Made by a program: the position numbers and the translations under genes. Below are positions 8,427 to 14,748 of a DNA stretch of 14,748 bases, piece after piece. The first letter of the stretch is position 1. The number at the start of each line of letters is the position of its first letter. The notes below the pieces were generated by a model. It was given only the letters and a program-made list of their open reading frames with translations. It searched no databases and was not told the DNA's origin. This DNA is from Candidatus Eiseniibacteriota bacterium (GTDB lineage: Bacteria; Joyebacterota; Joyebacteria; Joyebacterales; Joyebacteraceae): contig JBDRFG010000091.1 of NCBI GenBank assembly GCA_043819135.1, forward strand, positions 1-14,748. The letters run 5' to 3'.

Positions 8427-8900
8427 CTACTCCGGATACTCACCGGAGCAGAAGCGATCGAGACCTATACCTATCAGAATAGCTGCAGCGAGTCCCGCGA
8501 TCCCAGCTGCTATTGCACCGGAAACACCAAGCACGACCAGCAACTCGGCTGCTACCGCATTGACAGCCACGCCGCCTGATCCAGACGCAAGGCTCCCGGA
8601 GATAGGCTTGGGAGTCCCCGACTCGCAGAGGGCCTCGCGGAGGATGGTCTTCATGTCGTCGATGTATCGGTGGGCTCTCTTCCGGAGGCCGCTGGCGAGT
8701 TCCTGCAGCTGGTGCCCAAAGAGCTCGTAGTCGTCAATCCCCTCAGCGCCAGCGAGCAGCCTCACGGCCGCAAGGTAATCATCGATGCCCTCAAGTCTCA
8801 AGATCTCGAGGCCAAGAGAGACCTCTTGTTCGGCCAGGCTCAAGCTCGCGGCCCTCTGGGCCACGGTGACTGCCCGCTCAATGTCTGCGTTGGCATACAT
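8427..8900 (-). CDS. Hypothetical protein with a C-terminal Gly/Ala-rich hydrophobic (membrane) segment, last gene of the operon
   Basis: ATG 8900 has GGGAGG upstream and lies 1 nt after the previous stop. The C-terminus is VAVNAVAAELLVVLGVSGAIAAGIAGLAAAILIGIGLDRFC. Confidence 0.7.
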   Translation of the reverse strand: MYANADIERAVTVAQRAASLSLAEQEVSLGLEILRLEGIDDYLAAVRLLAGAEGIDDYELFGHQLQELASGLRKRAHRYIDDMKTILREALCESGTPKPISGSLASGSGGVAVNAVAAELLVVLGVSGAIAAGIAGLAAAILIGIGLDRFCSGEYPE

Positions 8901-8901
8901 G

Positions 8902-9633
8902 TCACAAATCCCTCCCAAGAGACCTGAGCGCTGTGTTGACTACGTCCGTGAGCCAAGTCTTCCTGTCTGGTATCTCCATCTTCTCCTCCGGAGCTAGCAT
9001 CCCATGACTCTCCGCGATGTCGAAGCAGTCCTGAACGCGATGGCCGTGCGGAGGTTCGCCCACACCCAGTTCTCGCTTGTGGTGACGCTCGAACTCCTCG
9101 GGCGTCATCTTGGCGAAGTCGACGTGCCCTTCAGCAATGAGGTTACTGTATCGAATCTCGGCTGTCGCACGCAGCCCCATTAGCCGGAAACACCCCAGTG
9201 GTTCGAAGACCTCTGCCTCCCCAGGATTGCGAATCCCCCCGATGAGCAGCCTGTCGGCAGGAAGTCCGCATTCGACTACGTCTCTCCGGATGCGGTTCAG
9301 TGTGCGCTGCGCCAGCACTCTCCGACCCGCGTCAGCCCTCAGCGAGTCGCCGAGCTCCATCAGCGACCAACGGTCAAGCGGCCATCCGCAACGCAGGGCT
9401 TCGCGCCTCAAATCGTCGGTCAGGCTGTAGTACCGGAATCCCCACTCGCCGACGAGCCAATCGCGCGCAGCACCTCCCCCTGTACCCTTCAGGCTGGCAA
9501 GACCAACCATCAGGCCACACTCAAGCGGTACCAGGAACTGGAACTCCGGGTCCTCAGCGAGCTTGCTGAGTTCCGCCGTGACGCTGCCATCATACCGGCC
9601 ACTGTCCATCGTGCTTGTTCCTCGTCCTTTCAC
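8902..9633 (-). CDS. P-loop nucleoside-monophosphate/dephospho-CoA-kinase-like protein with degenerate Walker motifs (probable pseudokinase)
   Basis: GF.YYSLTDDLRREA, LMELGDSLR..AG..VLA, GIRNPGEAE, A.AEIRY and TPEEF...RE match the kinase domain often fused to dCMP deaminases. Walker A reads GLASLKGTGGG (no GK) and the usual IDGIR reads IGGIR. Start is GTG 9633 (GTGA overlap) or ATG 9609. Confidence 0.75.
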   Translation of the reverse strand: MKGRGTSTMDSGRYDGSVTAELSKLAEDPEFQFLVPLECGLMVGLASLKGTGGGAARDWLVGEWGFRYYSLTDDLRREALRCGWPLDRWSLMELGDSLRADAGRRVLAQRTLNRIRRDVVECGLPADRLLIGGIRNPGEAEVFEPLGCFRLMGLRATAEIRYSNLIAEGHVDFAKMTPEEFERHHKRELGVGEPPHGHRVQDCFDIAESHGMLAPEEKMEIPDRKTWLTDVVNTALRSLGRDL

Positions 9634-10145
9634 TCAGGCCCCAGGCGATGGAGCACCAGTTGTGCAATCCGCGCGCACGGATACAGGGCAATGGGAAGGG
9701 TGCCAACGTTGGCGAGTTCCAGCGTCAGGTTCCCCTTGAAGCCGGCCCTCGCCATAGTCGCAGTGGCGATGACAAGACCTAGCCGTCCCCAGGAAGAGCG
9801 GCCAATGACGTAGCCCATCAATTGGGGCGGCAGACACACATACTCCAGCGTGGAGGCGAGTGCGAACATCCGCGGGTGCAGGTAGAACGGCTGACCGAAC
9901 CGCTGGCGTGAGGATGTCTGGTACTCGGTAAGATCCCGACCCAGCTGACTCTCCTTCACAGGATCAAGCGCGACCAAGCCGGAACGGTTTACAGTGACGA
10001 AGTCATTGGCTAGTCGAAGGTCGACGGACCCCTCGCTTATCTGCAACTTAGCATCTAGTATGGGCGTGATACACAGGCGCTCCTCCAGTGGAGCCGCATC
10101 GTCCGTCAGGAGACCATAGATCTGGTCCTTCGTAAGGACGCTCAA
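9630..10145 (-). CDS. dcd: dCTP deaminase (trimeric dUTPase fold), divergent and lacking the C-terminal lid
   Basis: Motifs SVDLRL, FYLHP..FALASTLEYVCLP, GRSSWGRLGL, GFKGNLTLEL.N.G..PI.LYP..RIAQL. TTG 10145 overlaps the upstream stop (TTGA) and has GAGGAG 5 nt upstream. Confidence 0.9.
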   Translation of the reverse strand: MSVLTKDQIYGLLTDDAAPLEERLCITPILDAKLQISEGSVDLRLANDFVTVNRSGLVALDPVKESQLGRDLTEYQTSSRQRFGQPFYLHPRMFALASTLEYVCLPPQLMGYVIGRSSWGRLGLVIATATMARAGFKGNLTLELANVGTLPIALYPCARIAQLVLHRLGPE

Positions 10146-11644
10146 GGCTGCTCCTCTGGCGGCCACGCGCCTCGGCTCATCCGGCGCCTACTGTCTTCAT
10201 ACTGCCGCGCCAACTCAGCCTTCTCGACAGCCCTTAGCAGCCGCTCGTCGTAGCTGAACCGTTCACTCCACCCGGTCTCCTGCTTGTCCATCGCTCCTGT
10301 GAGCGGTACTTGCTGCGGCTCCATCAGCAGCCCTGCGTTGAGAATCGAACGCCAGTCAGCCATCTGGCTCGACTTCCTCTCCGGACCTGCAAGGAAGCCG
10401 ACCTCCAGTGGGATAATGCGAGCGGAGATCTTCTCGGCCAGATCGGGGACTTCTCGCGCGAACTTCTCCACTCTGTACTGGATTGTGCTCTCGGCGAAAA
10501 GTTGTGTCTTGAGACCCTTGGCTGCACTCAGAGCGTGCTCGTACACCGTCGCGTACGGTTCCTCCATCCGCTTGTAGTGCGTGCTGACAAACGCCTGACA
10601 TCGCTGGTGCAGGGCCCTCAGGCGCCGCCCAACCTCTGACAGGTGGTCCTCCCCAGCTTGCTCTGCGCTCGCCCACTCCACCTCCCAGAACTCCTTAAGC
10701 TCGTCGAGCATCACCATGACCCGGTACACAACGTGAGGATGCTTGGTGAACGGTGGCCGGGGAACATCCGAGTACATGGGTCGCTCGCCTGTGGCAAGGG
10801 CAACAGCCAGCAGGCTGCCGAGGGCGGCCGGACCCATGAGCCAGCAAGCCGCGATGTCCGCCAGCGTCTCCCTGAGCCACGCATCCCATACTTGTGCCGC
10901 GCTGGAAGCGTGCACTGCAAACTCGCCAACCGATAGACCCGGTCTGACTTCGTCTACGGCTTGCGTGATATCCGTGCCGCACTTCTCGAGCTGTCCCGCT
11001 ATGCGCTCGTCGCATTCCCTTGCTTCGATGAGGAAGTGTCCTAGCTCGTGGCCGATGCATGCGTGGTGTAGCAGGCCCGCTCGTTCCAGACTGGGAAACG
11101 AGATGACCACGAGTCGGTGACCGTGTGCGTCTAGGATCCCCTCAACATCGACAGGGTCAAGGCCAAACAGTCTGGACGTATTGTCCGCAGTGTCTAGAAG
11201 AGCTGGGATAACGTCGGGAAGTCGTGCGAGGCAGCCGTAGCCCAGATTCGGTTTCGGTCGCAGCAGTAGCTTGGCCCCGGGGTCTATTTGCTTCACGAGA
11301 GCTTCGACCGCGGATTGCAGTCCAACAGGAGCGCGTACCGACGTGGCACTCTCGACCATCGACACGTACGGTACGCAAGCAAAGAGGCTTCTGGTAATCG
11401 ACTGCAACTCCTCGTCTGCGGCGTCAGGATCGATGGATCCCTCACTGACGCCCTTCTTGACCTGACGTATGATCCTCGCCGCACAGCTAAGAGCCCTGAG
11501 CTGGGTCTCCACAAACAGAGCAGACCCCTCAGAAAGGGGCCTGCTCTGGTCTCTGATTTCAGTCAGCCGACGCGACGCCCATAGAGCAGTGAGCAGACCT
11601 GCACTAGCCTTCGCGTCGATCACGGAGCAGCGCGGATCAGCCAC
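10142..11644 (-). CDS. Zincin-like (HEXXH) metallopeptidase-fold protein, 500 aa
   Basis: IGHELGHF, a downstream third-ligand helix WLRETLADIAACWLMGPA, and KHP...YR resembling the M48-type HP....R motif. No signal peptide is apparent. Confidence 0.7.
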   Translation of the reverse strand: MADPRCSVIDAKASAGLLTALWASRRLTEIRDQSRPLSEGSALFVETQLRALSCAARIIRQVKKGVSEGSIDPDAADEELQSITRSLFACVPYVSMVESATSVRAPVGLQSAVEALVKQIDPGAKLLLRPKPNLGYGCLARLPDVIPALLDTADNTSRLFGLDPVDVEGILDAHGHRLVVISFPSLERAGLLHHACIGHELGHFLIEARECDERIAGQLEKCGTDITQAVDEVRPGLSVGEFAVHASSAAQVWDAWLRETLADIAACWLMGPAALGSLLAVALATGERPMYSDVPRPPFTKHPHVVYRVMVMLDELKEFWEVEWASAEQAGEDHLSEVGRRLRALHQRCQAFVSTHYKRMEEPYATVYEHALSAAKGLKTQLFAESTIQYRVEKFAREVPDLAEKISARIIPLEVGFLAGPERKSSQMADWRSILNAGLLMEPQQVPLTGAMDKQETGWSERFSYDERLLRAVEKAELARQYEDSRRRMSRGAWPPEEQP

Positions 11645-11659
11645 CTGTCACCCTCGAAG

Positions 11660-12184
11660 TCAGGCCGTTGTCATCTGATACTGAAGCTCATCCAACTCAG
11701 GCATCAAGACACGTTGGATGAGGGATTCCAGAAAACTCTCAAGCTCGGTCAGATTCTGTGAGACGGTTAGCCGTTCGGGAGATGGGATCTTCTCCAGTTG
11801 CTGGTACTCGATCATGGCCCCCAGGGCCCGACAGTATTTCTCTACTCTCGTAGGAATGTCCTCGTCCATTCCCTCACCTGCCGCAGAACTAGCCAACACG
11901 CTGTTCGCTCGGCTCGCCACGAGCATCGCCTTCACCGTTGGGAGCCGCGGAGTAGCTTCGCCGTTACCGACAGACAACAGCTGACAAGGCGGCGAGCCCA
12001 TCAGGGCCCCCGCCTGGATGTCGGCCACGAACTCAAGGCCTCGGTAGACTACAGGAACCGCGCGCGGCGCAAGCTCACCGCCACTGAGGAATTCGCGCAC
12101 CAGGCGACGAAGCACCCCTGCGACTGAAGCCATGCGAGTCACGGAGCCTGCGATTCCTGCGTAGTCCTCAACCGTATATACCAT
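11660..12184 (-). CDS. Hypothetical protein, predicted alpha-helical, 174 aa, first gene of the operon
   Basis: ATG 12184 is preceded by GAGGTTAAGGAGA; the stop is 15 nt before the next start. No recognisable motif. Confidence 0.65.
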   Translation of the reverse strand: MVYTVEDYAGIAGSVTRMASVAGVLRRLVREFLSGGELAPRAVPVVYRGLEFVADIQAGALMGSPPCQLLSVGNGEATPRLPTVKAMLVASRANSVLASSAAGEGMDEDIPTRVEKYCRALGAMIEYQQLEKIPSPERLTVSQNLTELESFLESLIQRVLMPELDELQYQMTTA

Positions 12185-12362
12185 TCTCCTTAACCTCTTG
12201 TGGTGCCCCGTTAGAGGCGTTCGTGCTGTGCGCTGGACTCCCTCTGAGATCGCCGGCTCCGTCCGCACGCAATTGACACTTCGCGCGTGGCCGAGGTCCA
12301 AACCGCAGAGCAGTCAGCTTCTCATATGTGACTTCAGGGTCCACTCACCGCAAGTGCTCACC

Positions 12363-12436
12363 GTCGCGGTAGAACCGCCAGTTACCCGACGGCCCCCGCA
12401 CAGATCCCGGCGTGCGGGTTTCCCGCACCGGGCTCT
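12363..12436 (-). ncRNA. Group II intron catalytic domain V and domain VI
   Basis: AGAGCCCGGTGCGGGAAACCCGCACGCCGGGATCT (AGC triad, GAAA-type loop, AC bulge), then GGGGCCGTCGGGTAACTGGCGGTTCTACCGCGAC with a bulged A and a terminal AC. Confidence 0.88.
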
Positions 12437-12467
12437 TTAGTGGTTCTCGCTTCCGCATCAAGACCCA

Positions 12468-13754
12468 TCAGGAACTCGAAGCGCCCGCGGACGGCGCGAT
12501 CACGGGACGCGGAACCTGGAGGTGTTCCAACAACTCACGAAAGCCGGCCCAGTTATAGCTCCGGCGATCGCTCCGTCGGTTGAGCCACTTCTGAAGGATC
12601 CGCATCGCCGCGAAGTGGAACTGCCACAAGCTCCGGGAGTTGCCATAGATCCCGAAGTACCGGTAGTAGCCGCGGAGCTTCTGACTCACCTCGGCGAGAA
12701 GTCGGCGTACAGGAGTATGCCGGTGTTCCCGGCACCAGAGGGTGAACCGCGCCAGCGACCTGCGCAAGCTCTTCCGAGCCGTCCGCCGCTTCAGGTGCGG
12801 TCGCCCCTGCCGGTCCCGACCCCAACGGAACTCGAAGCCGAGGAAGTCGAACGCCTCGCGCCCGTCTCCCTCCCGATCGAACCCTAACCGGCGGGTCTTC
12901 GTCGGGGAGAGCTTCAGCCCGAACTTCGACAACCTCACTTCGAGCTCGATCAGGAATCGGCCGGCCTCCTCCGCGTGCTCGAACGCGCAGACGACGTCAT
13001 CCGCATAGCGGATGAGGCACGCCTCGCCTCGACAGGCACGCACCACCTTCCGGTGAAACCAGAGATCCAGGACGTAGTGCAGGTAGACGTTGGCCAGTAC
13101 CGGGGAGACAACGCCTCCCTGGGGGGTCCCCGTCGCCGGGTGTACCACCTGACCGTCGGTCTCCAGCACTCCGGCCTTCAGCCACTTCCGGATCAACCGC
13201 AGGAACGGTTCGTCGTCAATCCTCTCTTTCAGCATCCGCCCGAGCCAGTCGTGGTCGATCGTCCCAAAGTAGTTCTCCAGGTCGATCTCGACGACGTGAT
13301 GGTACCTCCCGAACTGCAGCTTCACCGTCAACTTGTCGATCGCATCATGAGCACCGACCCTGGGCCGGTACCCGTAGCTGCAACGCAGAAAGTCCTGCTC
13401 GTAGATGGCTGAGAGGATCCGCGCTACCGCCACCTGCAGTAACTTGTCCTCCACCACCGGGATCCCCAGAGGACGCTCCTTGCCGTTCTCTTTCGGGATC
13501 CAATGCCGCCGCACCAGCTTCGCCCGGTATCGCTTCTCCTTCAGGCGCTCCACAAGGCTTCGGATGTTCGTCGCCAAGTCGCGCTCGTACTCCCGCGCGC
13601 TGACCCCGTCCACCCCGCTGGCCGCGTTCTTGCGCACCCAGCGCCAGCTCTCCGCCAGAAAATCCTCGTTGAGCATCCCGTACAGATTGCGGAACCGGTG
13701 CTTCGATTCCTTCCGCGCCTTGTCCGCTATCCCCTGCAGGGAGGTTGACAGCAC
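12468..13754 (-). CDS. ltrA: Group II intron reverse transcriptase/maturase without a C-terminal endonuclease domain
   Basis: Motifs ASGVDG, IPKENGKERPLGIP..EDK, SYGYRP, D...YF..IDH, GTPQGGVVSPVLANVYLH, RYADD and FDFLGF, plus the domain X motif LRGYYRYF. No HNH. The frame is open to 13901; GTG 13754 (before STSLQGIA) is my preferred start but is uncertain. Confidence 0.93.
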   Translation of the reverse strand: MLSTSLQGIADKARKESKHRFRNLYGMLNEDFLAESWRWVRKNAASGVDGVSAREYERDLATNIRSLVERLKEKRYRAKLVRRHWIPKENGKERPLGIPVVEDKLLQVAVARILSAIYEQDFLRCSYGYRPRVGAHDAIDKLTVKLQFGRYHHVVEIDLENYFGTIDHDWLGRMLKERIDDEPFLRLIRKWLKAGVLETDGQVVHPATGTPQGGVVSPVLANVYLHYVLDLWFHRKVVRACRGEACLIRYADDVVCAFEHAEEAGRFLIELEVRLSKFGLKLSPTKTRRLGFDREGDGREAFDFLGFEFRWGRDRQGRPHLKRRTARKSLRRSLARFTLWCREHRHTPVRRLLAEVSQKLRGYYRYFGIYGNSRSLWQFHFAAMRILQKWLNRRSDRRSYNWAGFRELLEHLQVPRPVIAPSAGASSS

Positions 13755-14261
13755 TACGTCCGGTCCGTCGTGCCCGGCGGCTGTTTCCTTTGCAGGCTGC
13801 GAACCCCTGTCCACCGCTTCCCCCTGTGGGCGGCTCTCCCGCCCTCCGAGTACTACCAGTGGATCTGACTCCCGAGAAACCATCGCCAGCCCTTTCGGCA
13901 CTGCCTACCCGGATCCCTCCGGGAGTCCCTCGGGTCTCCCAAGTTCCTGTCGCCTCTCTCCACGCATGCCGCGCTCTTCGTGGACCCCGGCAGGCCCTCC
14001 GGGACCTCGCCCTGGCGGTCCCTTCGTCTTGGCTTCCGGCACGTTAAAACCGTCGCCACCTGCTTCACTGACGAGGCTGTATCAAGCTTCAAGGAGTGCG
14101 GTCTCCCCTACGGCCTACGTGGTTCCCTGTGTACGCTTCGGATGCTTCGTTCGGTAATGCGTACCTCCTGACATCCGCAACACTCGGTACGAGTGGTTGG
14201 CTAGACCTTACTCGGCAGGGACTCTCACCCTGCAAGAGACGCCAAGCTTCGCTTGGCGCAC

Positions 14262-14290
14262 TAACGTGCGCGTCACCTGCGGGCGCAGGC
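14262..14290 (-). other. 3' half of an integron attC-like site interrupted by the intron
   Basis: Removing the intron gives GCGCCCGCAGGTGACGCGCAC-GTTA|GGT, i.e. an L'-like box, a spacer and a GTTRRRY core. Only a degenerate partner arm (plus strand GCGCAGCCTCCCAGGT, about 14361-14376) is seen, with no RYYYAAC. Confidence 0.5.
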
Positions 14291-14421
14291 TGGCGCGGCC
14301 CTGGCCCACTCCGGCTATCACGAGACGCCGGACGCTTCCTCCTCCGTAGGGGCGGCACGTGCGCAGCCTCCCAGGTCATTTCGCTCACCCTCACGCTCAT
14401 CACAGGCTCACGCGCGCACCC

Positions 14422-14450
14422 AGTCTATGCGGCCGTTCCAGGGCGGTCAA
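14422..14450 (-). promoter_or_regulatory. Sigma70-type promoter firing toward the intron and the downstream operon
   Basis: Minus strand TTGACC, 17-nt spacer, TAGACT. Confidence 0.55.
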
Positions 14451-14748
14451 GTGGCATGGCGGATCGGCCGGCACGCTGCATCATCACTCCGAACGCGACG
14501 CCGCCTGAGAACATCGGGCAACCGCGTCCACCCACCGATCTGCACGGCCGAACTACGGCGGCACTTCGATTCAGGAGGTTGCTGCCTCACAGTTCTCCGC
14601 GGCTCCACCCCGTCCAGGAGCGAATCAGCAGCCCTCCACCTCATTGACCGCCGCGTTACAGTTCCCAGGTCCGGTCTGTACGAGGGCCGTTTGGGTTTTC
14701 GGGAAGGACAATGGCCCGTCCTGCCCCTCACCCGAGCCCGAAGATAAC

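Larger units (their letters stand above)
12363..14261 (-). mobile_element. Complete group II intron (1899 nt), probably a bacterial class E/F-like lineage
   Basis: 5' end GTGCGCC at 14261; domain V and VI ending ...CTACCGCGAC at 12363; internal RT/maturase ORF. EBS1 (TAACGT, 14041-14046) is complementary to the 5' exon end ACGTTA. The class is inferred from the look of domain V and the RT only. Confidence 0.9.

Noticed and set aside
8035..8730. 231-aa plus-strand ORF
   Set aside because: Low-complexity translation that spans the att repeat and overlaps the better-supported 8427-8900 gene on the opposite strand.
12273..12301. Plus-strand TTGACA hexamers here and at 8351
   Set aside because: No -10 element at an appropriate spacing.
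8144..12362. Operon as a complete integron gene cassette
   Set aside because: I found no closing attC (ACCTAAC...GTTRRRY on the minus strand) and no integrase; CTCTAAC near 12210 lacks a partner arm.
12468..13901. RT as a retron, DGR or defence-associated RT belonging to the dcd operon
   Set aside because: It has a maturase domain X and is enclosed by canonical group II intron ends with EBS1/IBS1 pairing, so it is an independent insertion.
14089..14747. ORFs at the right end (14089-14403, 14096-14647, 14427-14747, 14447-14731)
   Set aside because: No recognisable motifs; two overlap intron domain I, and the region looks like a non-coding leader.

Overview
GC-rich bacterial window in which almost every real gene lies on the minus strand. 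The left end (1-3451) looks like host envelope genes: a partial secreted DUF4390-like ORF missing from the ORF track, a multi-PDZ/Omp85-barrel protein and a broken BNR-repeat gene. A perfect 15-bp hairpin and a tRNA-Glu-3'-end-like att sequence follow (3544-3608). That sequence recurs at 8117-8143 (26/27 identical), suggesting tandem islands integrated at a tRNA-Glu gene. The first segment carries a chimeric gene remnant and a two-gene BcgI-like restriction-modification system (nuclease-methylase fusion plus two-TRD S subunit). The second carries a tightly coupled five-gene operon that I cannot assign to a named system: hypothetical protein, HEXXH zincin-like protein, dUTPase-fold dCTP deaminase, P-loop pseudokinase and membrane protein. 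It is a candidate anti-phage nucleotide-depletion system, and the deaminase's C-terminal lid appears to be encoded at the start of the kinase ORF in another frame. Upstream is a complete 1.9-kb group II intron inserted in the GTTA|GGT core of an attC-like half-site, with matching EBS1/IBS1, behind a sigma70-like promoter. All family assignments come from motif recognition by eye; no searches were run.
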